Source: a virus. Taken from it: a DNA stretch of 64,000 nt. The DNA lies in the IMG/VR virus record IMGVR_UViG_3300007511_001080, positions 2,264-66,263 of that record. One strand, given 5' to 3'. A model generated the notes under the pieces. The model was not told where the DNA came from. It saw only the letters and a list, made by a program, of their open reading frames with translations, and did no database searches. The stretch's first letter is position 1, and each line of letters begins with the position of its first letter. Shown in pieces: positions 9,542 to 18,931 of the stretch. The position numbers and the translations under genes are program-made.

Positions 9542-10496
9542 ACTGGACTTCCTTTTCTAATTGTTTCGGGAACTCTTTTAAAACCAAACCATACTCATTG
9601 TTTCCCTTTGGTATATTTAGCCCACTTTTTAGGATAGGTTTTTGTTTGTATCTGTAATAATCCACATAATGATGCCATCTGTCATATTTCCATGTGACTC
9701 TGGCAACATCTGGATGTTGATTTGCAATAGACTCTGCAAACTTTCTTCTCTTGTCAAATTTCTCACCACTCCTAGACTCTTTACCGCCTGGGTCATCTAC
9801 TGCATAGACTTCTTGGGTATTACCACCTTTCATAGTCATGGAAGCAGCCTTACCGATAAGAAAACAATTGAACAACATAGTACAAAGACCTGCCTTCAAA
9901 ATTCTAATACTAATATCAGTATCTTCATTATACAACCCACGCCATCTTATGTCAAGTGTGTTATCAAGTAGAATACATGAATATATTCTTGTATTCAAAA
10001 CGTATGGTGGTCTTTTAGATATAGCAGGAATTATGAAATCATAATTCATACCTGCCATGCCAACATTTGTATATCTGTCAACAAAGTTTTCCAAGATTCT
10101 AAATGGTGAACCACTTTCAACTTGTAGTTTTCTATTCTGGTGTAAACGATAGAGTGGTGCCATGTTGTCATCAAGAATCCAATGTCTCTTGTGACCCTCT
10201 GACTTTGAATGTTCATAAACCCAATTACGAACAGGGATTGAACCACCCATTGTATCTGTGACTTCACACCTCACAGCATAAAGTGGATTCTCTCTGAAAT
10301 CTTTAGGAAGTGCCAGTATCTTTTCTTCTGGTACGTTCTCAGCATAAGCATCAAACTCCGAATCTTCAACAACCATCCGATACGGCACACCATACTTCTC
10401 AAGCATTTCCTGAGTAAGTCTAAGGCCATTTTCGTAACGACCTTTTGAAATAATGTAAATAGGATATTTTGGTTTCATCATATCAACTCCTTTCAA
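9534..10496 (-). CDS. TET/JBP-associated (TAGT/GREB1-like) GT-A glycosyltransferase, probable DNA base modifier
   Basis: YPIYIISKGR, RN, HWILDDN (DxD-like), NTRIYSCIL, YNEDTDISIR, GGNT, RWHHYVDY. Confidence 0.75.
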   Translation of the reverse strand: MKGVDMMKPKYPIYIISKGRYENGLRLTQEMLEKYGVPYRMVVEDSEFDAYAENVPEEKILALPKDFRENPLYAVRCEVTDTMGGSIPVRNWVYEHSKSEGHKRHWILDDNMAPLYRLHQNRKLQVESGSPFRILENFVDRYTNVGMAGMNYDFIIPAISKRPPYVLNTRIYSCILLDNTLDIRWRGLYNEDTDISIRILKAGLCTMLFNCFLIGKAASMTMKGGNTQEVYAVDDPGGKESRSGEKFDKRRKFAESIANQHPDVARVTWKYDRWHHYVDYYRYKQKPILKSGLNIPKGNNEYGLVLKEFPKQLEKEVQYG

Positions 10497-10517
10497 TACT
10501 ATTTAGCATTATTTAAA

Positions 10518-10925
10518 TTACGTTTTTCTTGCATGATAGATTTCAAAGCATCTGGATGATTCTTTTGCTTTTTCCGTTTCAATTACATGACATATTTTAC
10601 AGAGAACATCACACTTTCTAATCTCTAAAAAAAGATCATGTATATATTCTCTATTAATTTTTTTATATTTCTCGTTTCTTCTACTACCTGTCCCCGCAAT
10701 ACGTTTTACCAATCCATTCATTCCTGAACCACCTTTTCCTTGACCTACAACTTTGGGATGTTTATCCAAAGGATCTCTATGTGCAAAATCTAATCCCAAA
10801 CCACCGCACCTATTTCCATCATAACCACAATCTCTACATCCAATAGCCATTTTTATTTTACGAATCCAATACCATCTTCTCGCTTTAATCCTATCTCTTT
10901 CTGCAGTATTTGTTGGTGTTCCCAT
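10518..10925 (-). CDS. HNH-type endonuclease with Zn-binding cysteines (putative homing endonuclease)
   Basis: GCRDCGY...LDFAHRDP...EIRKCDVLCKICH. Confidence 0.7.
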   Translation of the reverse strand: MGTPTNTAERDRIKARRWYWIRKIKMAIGCRDCGYDGNRCGGLGLDFAHRDPLDKHPKVVGQGKGGSGMNGLVKRIAGTGSRRNEKYKKINREYIHDLFLEIRKCDVLCKICHVIETEKAKESSRCFEIYHARKT

Positions 10926-11869
10926 TACTTAAACTCACACTCTACCATAATTTCAGTCAGACAGGCAACAAGATTAATTTCTTGGTCTACCACAAATGCT
11001 GACTTGTATTGATAGTCAGCAATAATCAAAACTGCCTGTGGGACAGATTGAGGTTTGAGATGCATGTTGAGAACATCATACATTTTTCTGAATACTCTGA
11101 CTACATCCGTATCCATGTTTGAGTTTGCCCACTTTCTCATTTCAGAAAACTTCTTGTTCTTGAGATAGTTGACCAATTCAGTAACATTAATTTCTGAAAT
11201 AGATGAAAGAATACCTGTATCAATTCTACCACTTGCAGAATATTTTTGTAACTCGTTTATTATTCTACGGAAATCTCCAAAGTGTTTAGCAACAAGTTCT
11301 CTGACAACTCTTTTGTCATACTCAACTTCATTCTCTTCAAGTATCTGGCAACATCTTTCAAGATACCTTATACCAATTTTTGGTTTCTCGTTTACTGGAA
11401 TAAAGAAGTCAAAGATAGCACAGCGGGAATGGATGGGATTAATAATACGAGTAGGATAATTACAAGTAAAAAGAAAAGAGACATTATTTCCAAATCGTTC
11501 AATGAAACCTCTTAGTGCGGGTTGGACAGAATCGGGATTCATGTAATCAGCCTCATCCATGATGATGGCCTTACGATTGCCCGTCATGGAAACCGAACTA
11601 CAATATTGTGTCAGTGTGGTTCTAACAGTGTCGATGTTTCTACCTTCATCAGAGCCATTGACCATTAGGTAATCCGTATTTGTCTGTTCACAGAGAGCCT
11701 TGGCAGCAGTAGTCTTACCAGTGCCAGGCAACCCTGTGAAAATCAGATTTGGGAGTTTACCTATTTCAACGAATTCTGAAAAAGTTTCTTCAAGGTCACT
11801 CGGTAGAATACATTCACTGATAGTCTTAGGCCTGTACCGCTCGACCCAAAGAAAATCATCTCGTTGCAT
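10925..11869 (-). CDS. gp44: Clamp loader large subunit gp44
   Basis: LWVERYRP, GLPGTGKTT, MDEADY, IHSRC. Confidence 0.95.
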   Translation of the reverse strand: MQRDDFLWVERYRPKTISECILPSDLEETFSEFVEIGKLPNLIFTGLPGTGKTTAAKALCEQTNTDYLMVNGSDEGRNIDTVRTTLTQYCSSVSMTGNRKAIIMDEADYMNPDSVQPALRGFIERFGNNVSFLFTCNYPTRIINPIHSRCAIFDFFIPVNEKPKIGIRYLERCCQILEENEVEYDKRVVRELVAKHFGDFRRIINELQKYSASGRIDTGILSSISEINVTELVNYLKNKKFSEMRKWANSNMDTDVVRVFRKMYDVLNMHLKPQSVPQAVLIIADYQYKSAFVVDQEINLVACLTEIMVECEFK

Positions 11870-12525
11870 TATCCTCCAAATGTTGAGTCAGATTCAGTTG
11901 CGATAAAATATTGAAGATTACTGGAAGTGTGGGAAAATTTTGAAATACCCTTTGATGTCAATTCAACATCATAATCACCTGCATATAATTTAAGGTTTTC
12001 AATCTTGAATACCATATTGAAAACCATATCAGTTTCACCAAGTTCTGACCGATACTCATCAGAGGATGTATTATGTACATCGGTGGCAACAAGATTTATC
12101 TTGCCGTCTTTACCCTCTACACAAATATGTGGAAGACCCAAGAGTGTTGCAGCCTTGATGGTCTGATTAAATTCAGCATTAGTCAAAATAAATTTAATTT
12201 CTGCCTCAGGAAAGGTCAATTCCTTCTCTGGTGGAGAAACAATCATTGTAGGGTCTGCAAACATATAGTCCACCTTACCACCGATTTTCATGGTCTTATC
12301 ACCAATTTCCATTTCTGGGTCTGGAAAAAGATTCATGACCCCAAGCAATTTGTTCAAATCATAGATTGCAAAATTACTTGGAAAAGTTTCAGGAATCTCA
12401 GCATTCACCAGAATATTTTTCTGTGCCGAGATTGTTGATAATCTGTTTCCCGACTTGAACTGCAAGTTCTGATTGATACTGGCAAAGTTCTTGAGTAAAG
12501 AAACAGTTTGTTCACTTAATTTCAT
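11869..12525 (-). CDS. gp45: Sliding clamp gp45
   Basis: MKLSEQTVSLLKNFASINQ, FAIYDLN, FKIENLKL, YFIATE. Confidence 0.95.
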   Translation of the reverse strand: MKLSEQTVSLLKNFASINQNLQFKSGNRLSTISAQKNILVNAEIPETFPSNFAIYDLNKLLGVMNLFPDPEMEIGDKTMKIGGKVDYMFADPTMIVSPPEKELTFPEAEIKFILTNAEFNQTIKAATLLGLPHICVEGKDGKINLVATDVHNTSSDEYRSELGETDMVFNMVFKIENLKLYAGDYDVELTSKGISKFSHTSSNLQYFIATESDSTFGG

Positions 12526-12553
12526 AGTATACTCCTTATTAAATTATATGATT

Positions 12554-12582
12554 AGTATAACATAGTATTTTTAAATTGTCAA
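12554..12582 (-). promoter_or_regulatory. Sigma70-type promoter for the gp45 operon (TTGACA-17-TATACT)
   Basis: Read directly. Confidence 0.7.
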
Positions 12583-13538
12583 CTCTTCTTCTTCCTCTTA
12601 TCTCGTGCCATTTTTCTCCGCTCCGCACGAGAGAGCTTTCTACCTGCTTCTTTTTCAACAGCTTCTTCCTCTTCTTTAGTCACAAGTTGCGGTCTTGTTG
12701 TGGTATCCATACCATGCGCTGCATAGTCAAGATTAGCAAGAGCTGGAAGTTGACCATTGAAAACATAATTTCCAATATGACCAAGTTTCATCCAAGGACA
12801 TAAGTAAGTTTTGATTCCAATCTTTCTAGTGAACTGACAGAACATATAATCTTCTGACAGATAGCGGTCACTCCCACTTGAACCTTCACCTGCAAAAGCA
12901 TCAGAGTCAATGACAGTATCAAAGAAGGCATGAATGTACCTTGAACCATCGAAATTCTCTGACCGATTGTGGTCTGGTTTATAGTTGAATTGTGGATAAG
13001 CATCTCTGAACTTTTCAAAGACCTCTCTTGCCACTAGCATGAAACCTGTACCGATTTCAAGTACTTCAACTGGTTCAGTAATTTTGATTTCATTTGTTCC
13101 ACCTGCTGGATTGAAAACAAAATCACCAGTATACTCTTCAAGTTGATTTGGGTCTTCATCTGCCAAACCCGCATCAACTGCATTTCTGACCTTTTCCCAA
13201 GCAATACATTTCTTAGGATATGGTGCACCAATGATGTCTTTGTCAAGTGCAGCAAGAGTCAATACATCATTTGGATTGAAGTGAATGTCACTATCAATAA
13301 ACATCAAATGAGTGTAAGGGCTTCTCAAAAATTCATCTACAAGATAATTTCTTGCACGTGTGATAAGACTCTCATTGAAAAGATAGAAAAACCTTATGTC
13401 CATTCCATACTGCGTTGAAATGGTTGCAAGGTCACATGAAGACTTTGTGTACATACCTGAACACTGCCCTCCATACATTGGAGTTGCCACGAAAATCTTT
13501 TTCTTTCGTAGTTCCTCAATTTTTATTTCTATTTCCAT
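12579..13538 (-). CDS. GT-A fold glycosyltransferase-like protein
   Basis: VATPMYGG, ESLITRARN, FIDSDI (DxD), GTGFML, YLSEDYMFC. Confidence 0.7.
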   Translation of the reverse strand: MEIEIKIEELRKKKIFVATPMYGGQCSGMYTKSSCDLATISTQYGMDIRFFYLFNESLITRARNYLVDEFLRSPYTHLMFIDSDIHFNPNDVLTLAALDKDIIGAPYPKKCIAWEKVRNAVDAGLADEDPNQLEEYTGDFVFNPAGGTNEIKITEPVEVLEIGTGFMLVAREVFEKFRDAYPQFNYKPDHNRSENFDGSRYIHAFFDTVIDSDAFAGEGSSGSDRYLSEDYMFCQFTRKIGIKTYLCPWMKLGHIGNYVFNGQLPALANLDYAAHGMDTTTRPQLVTKEEEEAVEKEAGRKLSRAERRKMARDKRKKKS

Positions 13539-13546
13539 TAATCTCC

Positions 13547-13888
13547 TTAGTACTGGTTTTCAAAAACATTTGCTGTAGTTTCTTCTTCATTACCGAGCAC
13601 TACAGTCTCATGCTCTACTTCCCTAAATCCATCATCTTCTGGGGGTGGAACTTCTGTATTTTCAGTCCACATTGTATCTTCAAGATTTGAAGAAAATATT
13701 CTGTTTTCTCTGTCGCCATGATTTACTGCTCGTACTTCATCTACATAAATGAAACCACCTATAACTAAAATATCTTGCACTGCACGAAGAACATCTGTTA
13801 AAGAGAGGTCTTCATTTTGGCCTATCTCAATTCTGGCAGTTTTATTGCCACTATTGAAACAAAATTCATAAGTATCAGCTTTGTACAT
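13547..13888 (-). CDS. Hypothetical protein
   Basis: ORF track 13547-13981; likely start MYKADTYEF, overlapping the upstream stop. Confidence 0.55.
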   Translation of the reverse strand: MYKADTYEFCFNSGNKTARIEIGQNEDLSLTDVLRAVQDILVIGGFIYVDEVRAVNHGDRENRIFSSNLEDTMWTENTEVPPPEDDGFREVEHETVVLGNEEETTANVFENQY

Positions 13889-14051
13889 ATCGCTCGTATG
13901 TTGGAAGGGTTGATTCAAAAAGTTTCCAGCCAAAAAACAGGAAACCAACTGCAAGTGTAAGGTCTGCATACTTATAATCAAGAATCACAAGTGCGACCAT
14001 TACCATCGTAAAAGATACAATCCATTTGAATATTCTAAAAACTTTGTCCAT
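13875..14051 (-). CDS. Small 2-TM membrane protein (58 aa, MDKVFRIFKWIVSFTMVMVALVILDYKYADLTLAVGFLFFGWKLF...)
   Basis: Manual translation; AAGGA SD; absent from the ORF track. Confidence 0.6.
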   Translation of the reverse strand: MDKVFRIFKWIVSFTMVMVALVILDYKYADLTLAVGFLFFGWKLFESTLPTYERYVQS

Positions 14052-14078
14052 GTTAAATTCCTTTCACTAGAACATTAT

Positions 14079-14160
14079 AAAAAAAGTGGTAGTGAATGGG
14101 CTCTTTTTGTCTTGGCGGTCACATCCCCTGACCGCTTACTTGGTTTATCACTACCACTCT
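14079..14160 (-). ncRNA. Candidate small RNA/leader: 11-bp outer stem, inner hairpin with GGGGAUG loop, U tract
   Basis: AGTGGTAGTGA (14085-14095) pairs with TCACTACCACT (14148-14158); inner stem GCGGTCA/TGACCGC; promoter at 14165-14192. Confidence 0.6.
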
Positions 14161-14164
14161 ATTT

Positions 14165-14192
14165 AGTATACCATATTTTAGAAGGGTGTCAA
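14165..14192 (-). promoter_or_regulatory. Sigma70-type promoter (TTGACA-16-TATACT) overlapping a late-like CTAAATA
   Basis: Read directly. Confidence 0.65.
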
Positions 14193-15377
14193 GTCCTCAT
14201 CAGTATCATCAACACCTTTGTTATCACCAGGCATCAATTCTTCTGACTCTTCAGCCATCTTATTTGAAACCTCTTCATCAACCTTTGAGTAAAGGTCAAG
14301 GAAAGAAGTTTTGGTATCCTCATCGAAACGAGCGATACACATTTCAATCGCCTTCTTACGCTCACCAAAGATAGCATATGCATTGGCGATGTGGACCAGA
14401 CGCCGTGTGGCGATGATTTCATCAATTCCACCTTCATAGAAGGTCTTACGAATGATGTCGGCCCAAGTGACCAATCTCTCAGCGAAATCACCAGATTCCA
14501 CATCAAGACTAGTGAAAACCTTGTCAAGAATTTTCCGTTCAACTGACATTGAAGGATACTCTTGTTCAACTGTAATCGGAAACCTTTCAAGGAAGGCTTC
14601 ATTCAGAATGTTAGTTCCGATAAATCGACCATCTTCAGACCCCTTACCTTTTGTATTGGCAGTGGCCAGAACATTAAACCCCTTAGAAGGAGCAACGAAT
14701 CGGTTTACTTTTTTGAGGAACACTCCATTACCCTCAAGTACGGGCTGGAGACACATGATTTTAGAAGATGCCAAGTCAATCTCATCAAGGAGCAGTACGG
14801 CACCACGTTCCATGGCCTTCACAACTGGCCCATCCTGCCAGACTGTATTACCATCAATCAGAGCATAGTGACCTAACAAATCATCTTCATCAGTCTCTAC
14901 TGTAATATTGACTCTGAAAAATTCTCTCTTTGCCTTGGCACACGCCTGTTCAATCATGAAGGTTTTACCATTACCTGACAATCCAGTAATAAAGGCTGGA
15001 TAATACCGACCAGACTTTACGATACTGTAAATATCATTGAAGTGACCAAACGGCACATATAATGGGTCTTTACTAGGGACCAGACTTTCGGTAGGATTAT
15101 GATATGCCATTACGGCTTCAGATTCTTCCACTACAGTTTCTCTCACTACAGGTTTTGAAATAATTGGAGTGATGGACTCACCCTCAACTGGCAGTTTAAA
15201 CAAACCACGGCCAACTCTGTAAGGAGGCCGAACAAACCAACTTGGCCATCCAAGACCATGTTCTTCTCTAATACTTGTAACATCACTCATCTCAAGTGTG
15301 GCACCTTCACCATACTTGGCTGCTGCGAGGTCAACGAATTTCTGTTTTGCTGGACTCAAACTCATATCAATCTCCAA
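14178..15377 (-). CDS. CobS/MoxR-like AAA+ ATPase
   Basis: GLSGNGKT, ETDEDDLLG, LLLDEID, ATANTKGKG, NEAFLERF, IATRRLVH. Confidence 0.9.
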   Translation of the reverse strand: MEIDMSLSPAKQKFVDLAAAKYGEGATLEMSDVTSIREEHGLGWPSWFVRPPYRVGRGLFKLPVEGESITPIISKPVVRETVVEESEAVMAYHNPTESLVPSKDPLYVPFGHFNDIYSIVKSGRYYPAFITGLSGNGKTFMIEQACAKAKREFFRVNITVETDEDDLLGHYALIDGNTVWQDGPVVKAMERGAVLLLDEIDLASSKIMCLQPVLEGNGVFLKKVNRFVAPSKGFNVLATANTKGKGSEDGRFIGTNILNEAFLERFPITVEQEYPSMSVERKILDKVFTSLDVESGDFAERLVTWADIIRKTFYEGGIDEIIATRRLVHIANAYAIFGERKKAIEMCIARFDEDTKTSFLDLYSKVDEEVSNKMAEESEELMPGDNKGVDDTDEDLTPF

Positions 15378-15411
15378 AAGAATTATTCATAATTATATAA
15401 TACAAAATTTT

Positions 15412-15639
15412 TCACAAAGAGTCAAGTGAAAAATCGGTTTCACCAAAAAATTTTACAATCGTATTTGTATTCAACTCAATTTCAAGGTCACGACCAGCGA
15501 TGTAATCTATCAAGTAATTACGCCTGGCAGTTGAATGAGAATTTGCGAGAAGTTCAATCGCTTCTTCTTTCTTAGCAAGAATACCTCTCAAGTGGTCTTT
15601 GACTGTATCAACATTTCCGTTCATTTTCCAAGCAGCCAT
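15412..15639 (-). CDS. Hypothetical protein
   Basis: 75 aa ORF with its own promoter and leader. Confidence 0.6.
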   Translation of the reverse strand: MAAWKMNGNVDTVKDHLRGILAKKEEAIELLANSHSTARRNYLIDYIAGRDLEIELNTNTIVKFFGETDFSLDSL

Positions 15640-15732
15640 AATTATCTCTCATTAAAGGTTATTGTCTCACTCACCATGATTATATTGTCTCAAAAGCACA
15701 TAACATTGTCAAGTCTTTTTTGCATTATTTTT

Positions 15733-15806
15733 TGGAGTGAGGTGGCGGAATCGAACCGCCCTAAATGGTTTTGCAGACCATCACCTAACCGCTCGGTCAA
15801 CCTCAC
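15733..15806 (-). tRNA. tRNA-Cys(GCA)
   Basis: GTGAGGT...ATGGT-CTGCAAA-ACCAT...GGTTCGATTCC...ACCTCAC-T-CCA. Confidence 0.95.
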
Positions 15807-18253
15807 GTAGCCACCATATCTACAAACTTTGAAAGTAAAAGACGATTCTTCAATTTGTTCTTGTTCATCTTGGCGAAGGCTCTCTTAATCTCACCTTTCT
15901 TGGCTCCAGTATTGACATCAAGATTTGTCTCTTTGACATCAAGACTCTTTCCACCACGGATAAGATAAAGTTCTGTCCAGCCACCATAGTTTTCACCAAT
16001 GATGTGACCTTCTTTTCTCCAACATGAATGGAGTCTTTCAATTTCTGCTGACCTATCTTCAGCTTTCTTAGGTACAAAGTCAACAACATCATACCTACTC
16101 AACTTGGGAATGATATAGAAGTTTACAACATTCACATCATGAGCATCCCGCAGGATTTCTACCAGAGTGTTTGTCATTTCATTTCTACTATATCTTCCAG
16201 CACCATATGCATCAAGAGTATATTCTTTCTTGGTTTTGGTATCTCGTATTATAGTCTTGACCTTTTGGTTTCTATTCCAGCGGTATCCACGCTCGAGATT
16301 ACGAATTTCTTCATACTTCTCATAAGTATTTCCAGTGTAATCTTTATGAGTGTGAGTCCTACGTTCCCAGATATATTCACCACCTGCGGAATCGCCGTCT
16401 GTGAGATAAATCAGATTTACAATCTGAACATTGTTCTTCGCCTTGAACTCTGGCAAATAAGTATGCATTGTCATGAGTGAATCATTCAGAGGTGTGCCAC
16501 CCAAAGTCAATTCGGAAGGCATTGTCCTATACCCACGATAGTATCCATTCCCATCACTATCAAAACACTGAGCCAAGGCTGTCATGTTGATATAAGCGGT
16601 ATGTAACTCGTTGGCTCTCATCCTTGAAGAAAAGACATTCAGAAGATTGAAACCATTGATCAACAAGTCTCCATTCTTCCCGCCGTCTTTGTGAGTCCAG
16701 CCAGTAGCATCTCTTCTACCAAATTCACGACGTGCCTCTGAAGGATACGAATCTGAAAAAAGAAAAACCTCAAAAGGAATATTGACTCTCTTGGCGAACA
16801 TCACCAGAACCATCATCTGCTCGATAGACCCTTTGATGTTTCCGTTCATTGAACCAGACCAATCGACAACCATCACTAGACCATGATTCTTGCCGTCAGT
16901 AGTCACATTGATTTTCTTAAAGATATGTTCATTGTACTTATACTCATGAAGCATTCCAGTATCAATAATTCCAGAGTTGGCTGTCGCAGTCCTTGAATAG
17001 GCATCTGCAGCCTTCTTCATCTCAAATTCCTTGGCAAGATACTCAACAGTTTTCTTATTGTCTGAACGAAACTTGATAAAACCTTTTTGGGCACGACCAA
17101 TCTCATCACTGTCTTTGAAATTTTCCAAAGACTTTTTGTAATGCTTGGTAATTACTTCGTGAATCTCTTTATGGTCAACGATAATCTTTGAAGTGTCTGC
17201 CACTGGCATGTTTCCGTAATCAATACTGTAACCAGCACCAGAATCTTGAACCAGTTCACCTTCTCTGTTACGAAAAATCTTGTCAGTAAAAGATGAAGGG
17301 TCAATCTCTACTGGCTTGTCACCTTCAACCATTTCACCTCTAGAAGCACCTCCACCGAAATCATCATGTTTTCCATTGGAATCTTCACTAGGTTCATCAG
17401 AAGAATCTTTTGACTCAGAACCTTCTTCATCCTCCGCTGACTCATCGCCAACAGACTCACCTTCCGAATCTGAATCTTTATCTTCACCCTCATTCTCAGC
17501 AGAGGGACCATCAGTTTCAGAATCTTCTTTTTCTTCGTCGCCGGCCTCAAGACCACGCTTTCCTAATTCTTCATTTTTACCTTCATCAAACTCAGCAAAT
17601 TCCTCACCTTCCAAGCCTATTTCCATTTCTTCGGATTCACCTTCACCAAAATCAGCCATAGACATCATGGAGTGGTCTGACATATCAGTTTCAGATTCAT
17701 TCTCTTTGGCATACTCATACAGTTCATTGGTGACACGAACCACATCATCCCAAGTCATAGTATTTCTGACTTTCTCAACAAACTCAAACTCTTCTTCAGT
17801 AAATTCAATATCATGAACGAATCCACCTTTGAAGTAAAGATTGATTCTATCAATGAGATTGAGTGTGTTCAAATCCACACCTTTGATGCCGAAAAAGTCT
17901 TTCTCAATCAAATCAAGATACCCTTCAGTAAAAGCCCTACGACCGCCTGGATACTTGTCTTTGATTTTTCTCTCAATTCTGGCATCCTCAACAACATTAA
18001 GGAATGACTTGTAACCAGCACCTTTATCAGATGCTGACTCATGCCATCCATCTTCTGGTGTGTAGAGTGCATGTCCAACCTCATGAAGAACCATAAGGTC
18101 ATACAATGAACCACTCATCTCTTTCCAGATTGGAAGTCTGAGAACTCGATTCTTGACATCCATCGAAGCAGTTTGATAATTACCATGTTCAATGGTCAAG
18201 TTTTCACTAGCCAGTAACTTGGCCAACAAGGATTTTGTATTTACTAATGACAT
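15803..18253 (-). CDS. Metallopeptidase-like (HExxH) plus VWA domain protein, CobT-like partner of the AAA+ ATPase
   Basis: LHEVGHALYT, NVVEDARIE, acidic linker, DWSGSM MIDAS, GGTPL, YLTDG. Confidence 0.85.
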   Translation of the reverse strand: MSLVNTKSLLAKLLASENLTIEHGNYQTASMDVKNRVLRLPIWKEMSGSLYDLMVLHEVGHALYTPEDGWHESASDKGAGYKSFLNVVEDARIERKIKDKYPGGRRAFTEGYLDLIEKDFFGIKGVDLNTLNLIDRINLYFKGGFVHDIEFTEEEFEFVEKVRNTMTWDDVVRVTNELYEYAKENESETDMSDHSMMSMADFGEGESEEMEIGLEGEEFAEFDEGKNEELGKRGLEAGDEEKEDSETDGPSAENEGEDKDSDSEGESVGDESAEDEEGSESKDSSDEPSEDSNGKHDDFGGGASRGEMVEGDKPVEIDPSSFTDKIFRNREGELVQDSGAGYSIDYGNMPVADTSKIIVDHKEIHEVITKHYKKSLENFKDSDEIGRAQKGFIKFRSDNKKTVEYLAKEFEMKKAADAYSRTATANSGIIDTGMLHEYKYNEHIFKKINVTTDGKNHGLVMVVDWSGSMNGNIKGSIEQMMVLVMFAKRVNIPFEVFLFSDSYPSEARREFGRRDATGWTHKDGGKNGDLLINGFNLLNVFSSRMRANELHTAYINMTALAQCFDSDGNGYYRGYRTMPSELTLGGTPLNDSLMTMHTYLPEFKAKNNVQIVNLIYLTDGDSAGGEYIWERRTHTHKDYTGNTYEKYEEIRNLERGYRWNRNQKVKTIIRDTKTKKEYTLDAYGAGRYSRNEMTNTLVEILRDAHDVNVVNFYIIPKLSRYDVVDFVPKKAEDRSAEIERLHSCWRKEGHIIGENYGGWTELYLIRGGKSLDVKETNLDVNTGAKKGEIKRAFAKMNKNKLKNRLLLSKFVDMVAT

Positions 18254-18293
18254 AATGACTCCGAAAAGGGTTTCTCTCTCATTTCTTAATTAT

Positions 18294-18322
18294 ATTATCT
18301 CAAAATGAGAGAGATTTGTCAA
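18294..18322 (-). promoter_or_regulatory. Early sigma70-type promoter with conserved leader
   Basis: TTGACA-17-GATAAT followed by ATGAGAGAGAAACCCTTTTCGGAG. Confidence 0.65.
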
Positions 18323-18329
18323 GACAAAA

Positions 18330-18548
18330 TTAGCCTTTGAGGTTCTTTTTTGTATTTTCAAGAGAAATACGAGCTCGGTCGAGCTTCTTTTGGCGAAGTT
18401 TCTCAACTTCATCTGAGGAAAGTTTCTTGGTCAACTCTTTGTCTTCCAAGATACGTTTGGTGAGCTCTAGGCTCTTTTCATGAGAAGCGATGGTACTCTC
18501 ATGCAGTTTGATTGCTCGTTCTTGACGAGCACGTTTCATAGGACTCAT
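18330..18548 (-). CDS. Hypothetical basic coiled-coil protein
   Basis: ORF track; overlapping operon arrangement. Confidence 0.6.
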   Translation of the reverse strand: MSPMKRARQERAIKLHESTIASHEKSLELTKRILEDKELTKKLSSDEVEKLRQKKLDRARISLENTKKNLKG

Positions 18549-18931
18549 GCATCCTTTATTGTTTTGATGGCATCCAAATCAATACCACCATGTTTTTCAA
18601 TAACCCTGTCAACCAATTCAACAGGGACATAACCATAAACAGTATCACAAGGTTTTTCATCATCCTCACAATAATCCATAATCAAACTTTCCAAATCACT
18701 TGGAAATCCTATTTCAACTTCTGAATACTCATCTGCAAAACCCTTTGGTTCACAATAATGAGTTTCAGATGCCTGAACAGACATTTTAAAACCATCTTTA
18801 CAGACGATAATCGGATTTCTAATATATCTCCGAATACCATTCTCGTAATAGTTTTCTAATTCAGTACCGCGGTAGTCTTTTTCATCTACATTGCGGTACT
18901 CTCTTATAAACTCATTCGTTAGCATCTTCAC
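18545..18931 (-). CDS. Phage hypothetical protein
   Basis: CKDGFKMSVQASETHYCEP...VEIGFPS...VYGYVPV..V..VIEKHGG, a phage-like motif pattern. Confidence 0.7.
   Translation of the reverse strand: MKMLTNEFIREYRNVDEKDYRGTELENYYENGIRRYIRNPIIVCKDGFKMSVQASETHYCEPKGFADEYSEVEIGFPSDLESLIMDYCEDDEKPCDTVYGYVPVELVDRVIEKHGGIDLDAIKTIKDA

Noticed and set aside
14178-15377. Cobalamin biosynthesis (cobS) as an auxiliary metabolic gene
   Set aside because: No other cob genes in the window; generic MoxR-type AAA+ paired with a VWA protein
17280-17816. 178 aa Ser-rich plus-strand ORF and similar antisense ORFs throughout the window
   Set aside because: Shadow frames of acidic or Thr-rich minus-strand genes
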